Assembly: GCA_018110925.1 (NCBI GenBank)
Contig: JAGAZJ010000027.1
Coordinates: 37,426-101,425 of the forward strand
Origin: Oscillospiraceae bacterium
GTDB taxonomy: Bacteria > Bacillota > Clostridia > Oscillospirales > Ruminococcaceae
DNA: 64,000 nt
Direction: 5' to 3'
Shown: positions 1 through 9,345 of the stretch, piece by piece
Position numbering within the stretch: position 1 is the stretch's first letter
How the letters are laid out: every line of letters begins with the position of its first letter
The notes under the pieces: generated by a model
Databases searched by the model: none
What the model saw: the letters and a program-made list of their open reading frames with translations, nothing else
Told to the model about the DNA's origin: nothing
Program-made: the position numbers and the translations under genes

Positions 1-376
1 AATTTTTCCTCAGATGCTCCTCAAGCATGGGTGAGAACACTATCGCTTCGTTCAGACCGTTGTCTGCGGCTTTGAGTATGGAGTTGCACAGCGGATCGGA
101 CAGATGCTCCTTTTTCAGCACGGGATTTGTGAGAGTGAAGCGGCACGGTATCCCCCTGCGGTTGAACTGGGTGAGTATCTCCTTTATCACTCTGGGGTCG
201 CACTGACCCTGCAAAAATCTGCCGCCGTTCCATATCATATTCGGGAATATCCCGTAGACAGAGCCTATCACAGCGCCCTCTGCAACTGTTTCGGGAGCTC
301 TTTTCATATGGTCTGCCATCATGATGTTTATCTTGAAATGCCTTGCAAAATCAGGCAGGTGAAAACGATATTCCAT
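1..376 (-). CDS. Conserved hypothetical protein, possibly U32-peptidase-like; 3' part runs off the window
   Basis: Absent from the ORF track because it has no stop in the window. Manual translation from the ATG at 376 (AGGCGG upstream): MEYRFHLPDFARHFKINIMM...IGSVYGIFPNMIWNGGRFLQGQCD...GIPCRFTLTNPVLKKEHLSDPLCNSILKAADNGLNEAIVFSPMLEEHLRKN, open to the edge, 10 bp after the EAL gene stop. The family call is from memory of clostridial homologs. Confidence 0.7.
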   Translation of the reverse strand, partial: MEYRFHLPDFARHFKINIMMADHMKRAPETVAEGAVIGSVYGIFPNMIWNGGRFLQGQCDPRVIKEILTQFNRRGIPCRFTLTNPVLKKEHLSDPLCNSILKAADNGLNEAIVFSPMLEEHLRKN

Positions 377-386
377 ATATATCCGC

Positions 387-2915
387 CTATTCAGTAGTCT
401 TTATGGCATCTATGGTATCGACGATGCACACATTGCCGTTGGTTGCGATGCCTGTGCTTGACGCTGAGAGCAAAGTCATATCAAGCTTGCAGCACTTTAT
501 GTCGATGTCGCCGCTCCCCTTTGAGTCGCCTATTCCCGTGATGCTGTTGCCGCCGCACTCTATCTTGAGATCGCTGTTGGACAGCCTTACGGAGAATTTG
601 CCGTTCTCGGTGCCTATGCAGTTTATCGACCTGCCGTGGAAATCGCCGAACACACTGCCGTCTGCGATATACACGTTTCCCGTGCCGCCTGTCTTAACGC
701 CGATGCCGCAAAGCTCCGCACCCGACAGATCCACAAAGCATCTGAAATTGCACAGCTCTATATCCGCATAGCCCTCGTAAGAGCCGACACCTATGGAGTT
801 GGCGGAGTTTATGCGCACCGACAGCACGCAGTTTTTAAGCTCTGCTATGCAGTTGCCCCACACAGCGCCCACGCCGACTGCGATAGTGCCCTCACAGGTC
901 ACACGCACATCGCCGCTCTCAAACCTTATCCTGCTGCCTGCATCGTTCCTGCCGCCGCCTATGCCGACAGATGTATCTCCGAAGGAGGATATGGAGACCT
1001 TTCCGGAACAGGCTATGGTGATGTTGCCGTAGCCCGAATCCCTGTCAGACCCTATGCCGTAGGATGAGGTGCTGGATGCCTGTATGTCGAGAGAACCTGC
1101 GCCCGTTATCCTGAGCGAAGACGTGACAGGCACGTTTATGCCCCTTTTCAGGAGCTTGTTTGAGCCCACAAGCTCTATCTCCGCTTCGCTGTTGTCGCCG
1201 AGAGTGATTATGGCAGACTCCTTGTCGTTGGATATGACTGCCTCACAGAGGGTGAGCTTTGTCTTTATGCCGTCCTTTATGACTATGGGTACGTTCACGG
1301 AGTTCTCCGTGCCGCCCTGTATCGTCACATCGGATGAGTCGATGAACACCGCCGAATAGTGTCTTGCCGCCAGGTCAAAGAGGTTTATCGTCTCATGGTC
1401 TGCGGGATGATAGTAACGTGACACACTGCTGAGCTCGGTATTTATCCTGATTATCTCGTTGACCACATTCTCGGATATGCTGCTTTGCAGATACGGTCTG
1501 GGATGAGCGGTGTAAAATCCCTGCATCAGGTCTGCGCCCAGCTGTATCATGACCTTCATCTCGTCATAGGTCTCAACGCCCTCCGCAAGAGCCTTGAAGC
1601 CGTTTGAATGTATGAATTCTATTATGCTTGAAACGAGCTGCTGTATCTTGGGCTTTTTGTTTATGCCGTTTATCAGCGCACGGTCTATCTTCACATAGTC
1701 GGGGCTGTATCTGAGCAGATTTGAGGTATTGGAATAGCCCGTGCCGTAATCGTCTATTGCAAGCTCTATGCCGCTCTTGTTCAGGCGCTCCTTGATGTTC
1801 ATGAGCTTTTCGCCCGCCACCTCGGTCTGTTCGGTGAGCTCTATGACGATGTGCTTCATCACATCGCCGTAGGTGTGCTCCAGTGCGCCCCAGTCCTCGT
1901 CTGACAGTATATGTGCGGATATGGAGTTGACAAACATCTTCTTGTCGGCAAACTCCTCCATATGGTTTGCAACGTCACGCAGAGCGTTCCTCATGGTGCA
2001 TCGCTCCACGTCGTAGAGCCTGTTGCACCTTGCCGCTGTCTCTATGACCTCTTCGGGAGAGAGATTTATGGAGCTCTCCGTGCGCATGAGCGTCTCATAG
2101 GCATAGATACTGCCGTTGTGAGAGCTTACTATCGGCTGGAAGTTATATACAAAGAGATTTTCGTCCACGAGCTGGGTAAATCTCTTGGCCTTGTCATATT
2201 CAAAATGGCGCTTCTCGTAAAGCTCCCTGGAATAGCCCAGCACCGTTCCCTTGCCCATGGCATTTGCCTGATAGAGCATGAATTCGGCGGTGTTCATCCT
2301 CTGGAGCGGGTCTGCGGATGGGTCTGCACAGCCTGCGGTAAAGGTCACGTCGTCGATAGACTCCAGAGCGTTTCTCTGAAGCTCGGTCAGGTATTCACCG
2401 CAGTCGGTGTCCATCTCGGGTATGAACAGCCAGTACCTCCTCTTGCCGCATCTGGAGACCAGCGCCGCCGGCTCGCTCTCGGATATGGCGTTGAGCAGGC
2501 TCACCACCGAATACGGCGAAGGCAGACCCTCAAAGGACTGCACCTCTATCATTGCGAGCATGGAGTTTTTCTTTGCGTGAACGAGCGCAGTCATAAGACC
2601 GCCCCTGCTGCAAAGCCTTGCATCTGAGGAGGATATCTTGTTGAGCTTTATCAGACCTGCGGATATGCCGTTATCCATAGAGAACTGTCTTACCGACAGG
2701 GGTGATACGTTTTCCTTCTGCTCCGCTATCGACCTTACTACCGAGAGCATGGTCTCATATGTCGGTTCTTCCGACATTCCGAGCAGCTTCATGGCATTCC
2801 TGTCAAGCATGACCCTGTGCTCTTTTGAATCCGCAACATAGCCGCCTATCTCGGGCGACAGCGAGAGGAGCTCGTCCCATGCCTGACCAAAAATCTCATG
2901 CCAAATCTGTTTCAT
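387..2915 (-). CDS. EAL c-di-GMP phosphodiesterase with a degenerate GGDEF-like region and a C-terminal Gly/Ser/Cys-rich beta-helix-like domain
   Basis: EAL motifs: FQPIV, YETLMR, FVNS, IELTE, IDDYGTGYS, VKID, AEGVET, MQGF. Start moved to ATG 2915 (GGAG RBS); the ORF track starts at 2954. Confidence 0.88.
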   Translation of the reverse strand: MKQIWHEIFGQAWDELLSLSPEIGGYVADSKEHRVMLDRNAMKLLGMSEEPTYETMLSVVRSIAEQKENVSPLSVRQFSMDNGISAGLIKLNKISSSDARLCSRGGLMTALVHAKKNSMLAMIEVQSFEGLPSPYSVVSLLNAISESEPAALVSRCGKRRYWLFIPEMDTDCGEYLTELQRNALESIDDVTFTAGCADPSADPLQRMNTAEFMLYQANAMGKGTVLGYSRELYEKRHFEYDKAKRFTQLVDENLFVYNFQPIVSSHNGSIYAYETLMRTESSINLSPEEVIETAARCNRLYDVERCTMRNALRDVANHMEEFADKKMFVNSISAHILSDEDWGALEHTYGDVMKHIVIELTEQTEVAGEKLMNIKERLNKSGIELAIDDYGTGYSNTSNLLRYSPDYVKIDRALINGINKKPKIQQLVSSIIEFIHSNGFKALAEGVETYDEMKVMIQLGADLMQGFYTAHPRPYLQSSISENVVNEIIRINTELSSVSRYYHPADHETINLFDLAARHYSAVFIDSSDVTIQGGTENSVNVPIVIKDGIKTKLTLCEAVISNDKESAIITLGDNSEAEIELVGSNKLLKRGINVPVTSSLRITGAGSLDIQASSTSSYGIGSDRDSGYGNITIACSGKVSISSFGDTSVGIGGGRNDAGSRIRFESGDVRVTCEGTIAVGVGAVWGNCIAELKNCVLSVRINSANSIGVGSYEGYADIELCNFRCFVDLSGAELCGIGVKTGGTGNVYIADGSVFGDFHGRSINCIGTENGKFSVRLSNSDLKIECGGNSITGIGDSKGSGDIDIKCCKLDMTLLSASSTGIATNGNVCIVDTIDAIKTTE

Positions 2916-3244
2916 CAGATCAACTCCGTACGAACGGTTTTTTGTCGTGTGCATACTTATGCATCATACTATATTATACATTATCCAAAGGGAAATGTCA
3001 AGGAATTTATGATGCACGTCACCGGGGCTGAAAAGCCTTGAATATTTTACGGATATGGGGTATAATGTATCGGTATACGATGATAGCCCGCATTACTGTC
3101 GGAATACACAAAAATAGTATCAGGTGTTTGTGCATATACAACAAGACATATTTGTCCGGCGGAAGAAAAACGGCATTTCTCACTTTGTGTCGTTTACTTT
3201 CGGCTCATCCTATGATACCATTTGTCAGGAAAGAAGGTTACAGC

Positions 3245-4324
3245 ATGGATCAGGCAAAGATAGGCAGTTTTCTGAAAGAACTGCGTAAGGAAAGATCTCT
3301 AACACAGGAGCAGCTGGCAGAGAAGTTCGGAGTATCCGGCAGGACCGTGTCACGCTGGGAGAACGGCAACAATATGCCCGATATAAGCATTCTGGTCGAG
3401 CTGGCGGAGTTCTACGGGACGGATATCCGTGAGATACTCGCCGGCGAAAGAAGTGAGGAGACCGCTATGGATGAAGAAATGAAAGATACCCTTGTCAAGG
3501 TCGCAGAGTACACCGATGCGGAAAAGGAAAAGATACTAAAATCGCTTTTAAACGGCATCATTACTGGGGCGTGCGCATTTCTGTTCCTGTTTGTGATGCT
3601 CATGTTCAATGCGACTGTCGGGCTCAAAGACAAAGCAGACATCGGAGCATCCGCATTCATCGCATGGATAGGTCTGTCCGTGATGACAGGCAGTATCATA
3701 AGTGTGATGCAGATCAAGGGGAACATGACAAAGAACCGTATGACAAAACTGCGCAAAATAGGCATACCACTTTGTATCTGCCTTATGATAGTCTGCGCAT
3801 TCACGATAGCTGTCTTCACCACGTCATTGTTCAGATCCGAAGAGCTGGCAAGAGACACCACGGATACGGCGGATTACGGTGACTGGTACGGCCTGCTGTC
3901 CCACACAAATCTGTATGTGTTCCCGCAGGAGATACCCGAAGGCGCCTCGGATGTCGAATACAGCTTCTATAACGATGACAGTCTGCTGGGCGAATCGAGT
4001 CTGGTATATTTAAAGTGCCGCTATGACGACGATGAGCTTGAAAGGGAGATAGCAAGGCTCAAAAGCATAGACGGCATACGCAAGGACACCGAAAACTACA
4101 ACGGCACAGCCTATGTCACCATGCTGCTGAAATACGAAACGGAGTACGCACTGGTAACTGACGACAATTCTATCGTCTACCTGTGCATCCATGAGGGGAG
4201 AAATCCCCGCACAGCCTATACCGCATATCTGAGGAAAAACACAGCCGCCGAAAGCGACCTGTTCTCTGTCTACGATTTCAGCGATTATGACGACTACAAG
4301 TACTGGCCTCAGACATGGAAATAA
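3245..4324 (+). CDS. XRE-family HTH regulator fused to about three TM helices and a C-terminal extracytoplasmic domain
   Basis: LRKERSLTQEQLAEKFGVSGRTVSRWENGNNMPD HTH, three hydrophobic segments, acidic soluble C-terminus. Start at MDQAKIG after a GAAGG RBS. Confidence 0.85.
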   Translation: MDQAKIGSFLKELRKERSLTQEQLAEKFGVSGRTVSRWENGNNMPDISILVELAEFYGTDIREILAGERSEETAMDEEMKDTLVKVAEYTDAEKEKILKSLLNGIITGACAFLFLFVMLMFNATVGLKDKADIGASAFIAWIGLSVMTGSIISVMQIKGNMTKNRMTKLRKIGIPLCICLMIVCAFTIAVFTTSLFRSEELARDTTDTADYGDWYGLLSHTNLYVFPQEIPEGASDVEYSFYNDDSLLGESSLVYLKCRYDDDELEREIARLKSIDGIRKDTENYNGTAYVTMLLKYETEYALVTDDNSIVYLCIHEGRNPRTAYTAYLRKNTAAESDLFSVYDFSDYDDYKYWPQTWK

Positions 4325-4326
4325 AG

Positions 4327-4365
4327 CAGAGAGGAACGGTCTTGCGACCGTCCCTGTTTTTGTTT
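4327..4365. terminator. Intrinsic terminator between convergent genes
   Basis: GGAACGGTC-TTGC-GACCGTCCC stem followed by TGTTTTTGTTT. Confidence 0.65.
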
Positions 4366-4366
4366 C

Positions 4367-6541
4367 TCATTCTACCCTCTGTCTCTCCACAAGTTCGGCG
4401 AATGCGCCGCCTTTCGCTATAAGCTCGTCATAAGTTCCGTCCTCGATTATGTGCCCTTTGTCGAGAACGAGTATCCTGTCGCATCGGCGTATGGTCGAGA
4501 GCCTGTGAGCTATGACTATCCTTGTACACCCCATCTTGTCGAGTGCATCGGACACCTGTCTCTGCGTCTTGTTGTCAAGAGCGCTGGTGGCTTCGTCAAG
4601 CATGAGTATCTTGGGCTTTGGCGCTATGGCACGGGCTATCATTATCCTCTGCTTCTGACCGCCGGATATGCCGCCCTGCCCCTCCGATATGACCGTATGC
4701 ATACCCATGGGCATAGCTCGGATATCATCGGCGATGCCTGCGGTCTCGGCAGCTTCCCACGCATCATCAAGGGTGAGCTCCGGTGCGGATATGACGATAT
4801 TTGAGTAGATGTCCCCCTGAAAAAGTCCGCCGTTTTGCATGACCGTGCCGATCTTGCGGCGCAGGGAGCTGAGGTCGAGCCTGTTTATATCACGGGAGTC
4901 ATAGTACACCGCACCCTTTTCGGGCTTCTCAAAGCCGAGGAGAATGCGCATCAGCGTTGACTTGCCGCAGCCCGTGCGCCCCACCACAGCCACATACTCC
5001 CCGGGCTTTATTTTAAGCGAGAGGTTTTCAAGTATATAGGGCATATTCTCGCCGTAGCGAAAGCATATGTTGTTCAGTTCAACGCCGCCGGACAGCCGTG
5101 TGACTATCTCACGGTTCTCCGACGTTTCGGGCTCTGCCTTTAAAAAGGGCTCTGCCGTTTCAAGTATGGGTCTTATCCTTGCGGCGGAAAGGGCTATGCC
5201 CGCCAGTGATGAGAACGCCCCCATGAGCGCACCGTATGCCGCCGTGAAGGTATAGTACGATGACTGGTCGAGCTTGGCGCCGAGCGCCAGAGAATACATG
5301 ATGACAGTGCATATCAGCGTAACGGCGGTGTTGATGACCCCGTTGAACTTCACAAATGCAGGCGGCGCATATGTGTAAGCCGCTCCCTCCGCATATATCC
5401 CAAGCCAGCGTGAAAACATACGCTTCTCTGCGCCTGCCAGCTTTATCTTCTGCACGCCCGTTATCAGGGAATAGGACATTCCCGACTCCTTGGCGCTCTG
5501 CTCCATGGCACGCCTGCTTATGTTTATCTGCACCACGGAGGATATGACGCTTATCAGCACGGTGACAGCTGTCATCATCAGCGCAGGCAGTGCCAGCGAC
5601 GGTGCGAACCTCATTATCTGCGTTATATACAGCAGTGACATCAGCGAAGTCACGCCCGATGACACCACCATGCCCAGTATCAGACTGCACAGCTTATCGA
5701 CCGAGGCAAGGCGGTTGGTCAGCTCACCTGCGCTGTGCGCCCTGAAAAAGTCGGCAGGGAGCGACAGCACCCTCATCATCATGGATGCCTCAATACCGAG
5801 GGATGTCTTTGACTGCACACGGGTTATCAGCATATTCCTGACGGATGTGAAAAGCTGTGAGGATATGAGTATGAACGCCGTGCAGACCGCCGCACCTATG
5901 AGCATATGCGGCTCACCGCCGTCGAGTATCTGCCCCGTCAGCGCCTTTGTGACACGCAGGGAGAAAAGCCCTGCCGCCGTGACCGCAAATGCCGCAAGCA
6001 GTATGAACACCTCGTCCCCCACGGACAGACACCTTTTCATATACAAAAGCAGGTCTGGTATGCCTATCTTCTTCATAGGCAGGGGTCTGTAAAAGCAGCA
6101 TGCCTCGCTCTCAAACTGGCCCTCGTTGCGCCTGCCTATCCTGACACGCTTCTCGGTCTTGCTGTCTATGTAGTAGTAGCCCGAAAAGCTCCCGGGCAGG
6201 AGCGCTCTCGGCTCGCCGTCCGAAAATGCCAGCACCGGCCCGAAGGAATCCCTGTACCAGCCCTTTTCGAGCTTTATCATCCTTTTCATTATGCCGTAGG
6301 GACGCAGGCTCATATCCAGCTGTTCGTCCATATCCTTGATGTATGAGGGTATCTCGACAGGCTTCAGACGGTAGTATTTCAGTATCTCATCTATCGCCTG
6401 CTTTGTCACGATACTGTCACTGAGTATCTTGGCGGCAGTCCTGTCACCGAGCACCACGCCTGCGGCACGGAAAAAGGATTCCTCAAAGATCTGCTGATCC
6501 AGGTCTTTTCTTTGTTTTATCTGTTCATCGAACCAGCCCAT
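4367..6541 (-). CDS. NHLP-type bacteriocin-system ABC transporter, permease/ATPase subunit without an evident active peptidase
   Basis: N-terminal MGWFDEQIKQR typical of clostridial members, TM domain, Walker A GRTGCGKS, ISGGQ signature, MLDEATSALD, IAHRL. Confidence 0.88.
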   Translation of the reverse strand: MGWFDEQIKQRKDLDQQIFEESFFRAAGVVLGDRTAAKILSDSIVTKQAIDEILKYYRLKPVEIPSYIKDMDEQLDMSLRPYGIMKRMIKLEKGWYRDSFGPVLAFSDGEPRALLPGSFSGYYYIDSKTEKRVRIGRRNEGQFESEACCFYRPLPMKKIGIPDLLLYMKRCLSVGDEVFILLAAFAVTAAGLFSLRVTKALTGQILDGGEPHMLIGAAVCTAFILISSQLFTSVRNMLITRVQSKTSLGIEASMMMRVLSLPADFFRAHSAGELTNRLASVDKLCSLILGMVVSSGVTSLMSLLYITQIMRFAPSLALPALMMTAVTVLISVISSVVQINISRRAMEQSAKESGMSYSLITGVQKIKLAGAEKRMFSRWLGIYAEGAAYTYAPPAFVKFNGVINTAVTLICTVIMYSLALGAKLDQSSYYTFTAAYGALMGAFSSLAGIALSAARIRPILETAEPFLKAEPETSENREIVTRLSGGVELNNICFRYGENMPYILENLSLKIKPGEYVAVVGRTGCGKSTLMRILLGFEKPEKGAVYYDSRDINRLDLSSLRRKIGTVMQNGGLFQGDIYSNIVISAPELTLDDAWEAAETAGIADDIRAMPMGMHTVISEGQGGISGGQKQRIMIARAIAPKPKILMLDEATSALDNKTQRQVSDALDKMGCTRIVIAHRLSTIRRCDRILVLDKGHIIEDGTYDELIAKGGAFAELVERQRVE

Positions 6542-6559
6542 GAAGCCTTTCTCCCTCCC

Positions 6560-8731
6560 TTACTCATTGGTGACGAGCTCGGCGTATATGCCGCCCTTTT
6601 CCATAAGCTCATCGTGTGTGCCCCGCTCTGCGACCGCACCGTTTTCAAGCACGATTATCTCATCGCAGTCACGCACGGTGGACAGCCTGTGGGCAATCAC
6701 GATACAGGTTATGCCCCTGTCCTTTATCGCCCTGACCACCTCGTATTCGGTCTTGGCGTCAAGGGCGCTCGTTGCCTCATCGAGTATAATGACGGACGGG
6801 TCCTGTGCCAGCACACGGGCTATCTCCATTCTCTGCCGCTGTCCGCCCGAAAGGTCTCTGCCCCCGGATGTGAGCCTGCACTGATAGCCGCCCTCACGCT
6901 GCATTATATCATCGTGGAGCTTTGCATCCCTTGCGGCAAGTATCATCTCAAAATCCTTTATCGAGTCGTCCCACATCTTGATATTCTCTTCGATAGTGCC
7001 CTCAAAGATGATTATATCCTGATCCACCACCGCAAGAGAGCCTGTCAGCACCTCACGGGATATCTCCGAACGGGGCTTGCCGTCAAAGAGTATCTCGCCC
7101 TTCCACGGCTCATACAGCCCGGATATGAGCTTTGAGAGAGTGGATTTGCCGCACCCCGATGCGCCTACTACGGCTGTCCTGCTGCCTGGTTCAAGCGTGA
7201 GGGAAAGATCCCTTATCAGCGGCTCTGCAAGGGGGGAATATCCGAAGGTTATGTTTTTCAGCTCCACACGGCCTCTCAGCTTCGCAAAACCCTCTCCCGC
7301 ATTTTCCGTCAGGGTGTTCTTGTCGGAGGGGTATTCCATGACATCCTCCACACGCTCCATCTGTGTGCGCATCTCCTGTATGGTCTGACCTGCCGAGACA
7401 AGCGTCATGGCGGGGGACATAAAGGCTGTCAGAAAGCCCTGGAACATCATGAGCGTACCTATCGTGAGTTCTCCCCTCATGATCTCCCATATGCCCAGTA
7501 TCAGCACTGCGCTGTTTGCAAATGAAGTCACCAGTGAAGGAAGCATACCGAAAAGAGAATTCGTGAGCGAAGCCTTTACCTGCTGTGTGTTGACAGATGC
7601 CTGATAACCTGCCCATTTCTGAAAAAACCCGTTCTCCGCACCGCTGGACTTTATCGTTTCTATCATCTCTATGCCTGCGGCGGTGGTGGATGACAGCTTT
7701 GCCGCATCCCTCTGCTGTATCCTCGTTATGTTCACACGCTTTGCGGATATGGCTCCCGACAGAAAGACATTGAGCAGTATAGCGCCCGTACCGATCGCAG
7801 TCAGCACCAGGTTATGCTTTATCATCAGCACAAGATAGAAAAGCATCATAACGGTGTTTAGCAGCAGCGGCGTTATGGTATTTACGATCACGCCCGCCAC
7901 CGAAGCGTTGGCATACTGCCTTGACTGTATATCGCCCGCCATTCTCTGAGAGAAGAACTCCATGGGCATATGCAGTACCTTCCACATATATGTGGAACTG
8001 CCTATCAGATCCATCTTGCCGTTTATCTTCAGCGAATACACAGCCTTTATCCACTCTGCCGCAAGGCGCAGAACGATAAGCACCGCCATTATCGCCATAA
8101 AGGGCATCACCCATTCGGGATTTCTGCCCGTGAGCAGTCTGTCTATGAACACCCTTGAAAACACGGGGTCTGTCACGCCGAAGGCATAGGTTATCACCGA
8201 TGTGAGTGTCACGAAGACCGCCGCCGCACCTGCGCCCCTTAGCCGCTTTGCGGCAAATTCCAGAGTGCTCTTGGGTCTGCCGTCCGCCACGAACCGTTCC
8301 GACGGCACGGGCACAAGAGTAACTCCCGTGAAGGACTTGTCAAACTCCTCTGCGGATATTCTCACAAAGCCCCTTGCAGGGTCGTTTATGCAGGCGGTCT
8401 TTCCCTTGAAGCCGCACAGCACCACGAAATGATTGAAGTTCCAGTGGATTATGCAGGGGAACACGCCGTCCCTCATTATGGTCTCAGGGCTGTGTCTGTA
8501 TGCCTTGACGGAAAAGCCGTATCTCTCCGCCGCCATGAACACATTCTTTGCGTTTGACCCGTCACGGGACACACCGCAGTCACGGCGCACCTTTTCAAGG
8601 GGCACCCACTTGCCGTAATACGCCATTATCATAGCCAGTGAAGCCGCACCGCATTCAAGGGCTTCAAGCTGCATTATCACCGGCACCTTTGCCACGCCCT
8701 TTGTAACGGGCTGTCTGTTTTTTCTGCTCAT
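6560..8731 (-). CDS. NHLP-type bacteriocin export ABC transporter, C39 peptidase/permease/ATPase
   Basis: C39 motifs QLEALECGAASL and HWNFNHFVV...NDPA; Walker A GASGCGKS; LSGGQ; ILDEATSALD. Confidence 0.92.
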   Translation of the reverse strand: MSRKNRQPVTKGVAKVPVIMQLEALECGAASLAMIMAYYGKWVPLEKVRRDCGVSRDGSNAKNVFMAAERYGFSVKAYRHSPETIMRDGVFPCIIHWNFNHFVVLCGFKGKTACINDPARGFVRISAEEFDKSFTGVTLVPVPSERFVADGRPKSTLEFAAKRLRGAGAAAVFVTLTSVITYAFGVTDPVFSRVFIDRLLTGRNPEWVMPFMAIMAVLIVLRLAAEWIKAVYSLKINGKMDLIGSSTYMWKVLHMPMEFFSQRMAGDIQSRQYANASVAGVIVNTITPLLLNTVMMLFYLVLMIKHNLVLTAIGTGAILLNVFLSGAISAKRVNITRIQQRDAAKLSSTTAAGIEMIETIKSSGAENGFFQKWAGYQASVNTQQVKASLTNSLFGMLPSLVTSFANSAVLILGIWEIMRGELTIGTLMMFQGFLTAFMSPAMTLVSAGQTIQEMRTQMERVEDVMEYPSDKNTLTENAGEGFAKLRGRVELKNITFGYSPLAEPLIRDLSLTLEPGSRTAVVGASGCGKSTLSKLISGLYEPWKGEILFDGKPRSEISREVLTGSLAVVDQDIIIFEGTIEENIKMWDDSIKDFEMILAARDAKLHDDIMQREGGYQCRLTSGGRDLSGGQRQRMEIARVLAQDPSVIILDEATSALDAKTEYEVVRAIKDRGITCIVIAHRLSTVRDCDEIIVLENGAVAERGTHDELMEKGGIYAELVTNE

Positions 8732-8740
8732 GCCCTGCCC

Positions 8741-9151
8741 TCAGCTGAATAAGAAGCTCAGCGGTGTGATAGACTCCGTGACCACCTTTGCGCTGTAACT
8801 TCCGTCGGGCAGGTCAACATCGGCATATGCCAGCACATTGCCGTATACATCCGCCTTTGTGTCATATATCTCAAATTCTCCGCTGCCTATGCGCACGGTC
8901 ATCCCCGCCGCAGGATAGGGCTCGCCTGTCACAAGTATCACTGCAGAGCCGTCTGTCACGACCGCCTTGCCGTCATTGACCGTTTCCAGCTTTCCGACCG
9001 TGCCCCATGCGATGAGAGCCGCAAGCAGACATACTATCGCCGCCAGCAGCACCCATATCCCCGGGTCTGTGACCCTCAGATAGTCCGTGAGCTGTTCGGG
9101 TGAGGATATCCTTTCAAGTGACTTCTTTCTGAATACCTGTGTTTTTTCCAT
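8741..9151 (-). CDS. Short NHLP secretion accessory protein (truncated HlyD-like)
   Basis: FRKKSLERISSPEQLTDYLRVT N-terminus, one TM helix, C-terminal V.TESITPLSFLF. Start at MEKTQ after GGAGG. Confidence 0.8.
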   Translation of the reverse strand: MEKTQVFRKKSLERISSPEQLTDYLRVTDPGIWVLLAAIVCLLAALIAWGTVGKLETVNDGKAVVTDGSAVILVTGEPYPAAGMTVRIGSGEFEIYDTKADVYGNVLAYADVDLPDGSYSAKVVTESITPLSFLFS

Positions 9152-9265
9152 ATCAATACCTCCGTCGGGAGATTGTTCTTCTGCACATATCAATTCTATC
9201 ACATTATTTATATTTTTGCAATATTGTTTGCCAAAAAAGGCAAATGACCGAAAGACGTGTGCCCG

Positions 9266-9322
9266 ATTTAACCTTGATTTAACCTTTCGGTACTGTTCAA
9301 ATTAACATAAACTTGTTATAAT
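9266..9322 (+). promoter_or_regulatory. Pho-box-like direct repeats and -10 element upstream of the response regulator
   Basis: ATTTAACCTTG (9266) and ATTTAACCTTT (9277) at 11-bp period, a third ATTAACAT at 9301, then TATAAT at 9317-9322 with no good -35. Confidence 0.65.
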
Positions 9323-9345
9323 GACAGTATCAGGAGTGTGATGAT

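Noticed and set aside
104-397. 97-aa plus-strand ORF
   Set aside because: Antisense shadow of the minus-strand gene starting at 376; no RBS or recognisable motifs.
3026-3066. GCTGAAAAGCCTTGAATAT resembling the centre of the MITE-like repeat
   Set aside because: Terminal arms are not recognisable, and TTGAAT-N17-TATAAT explains it as an ordinary promoter. The ORF-track start at 3038 is probably too far upstream.
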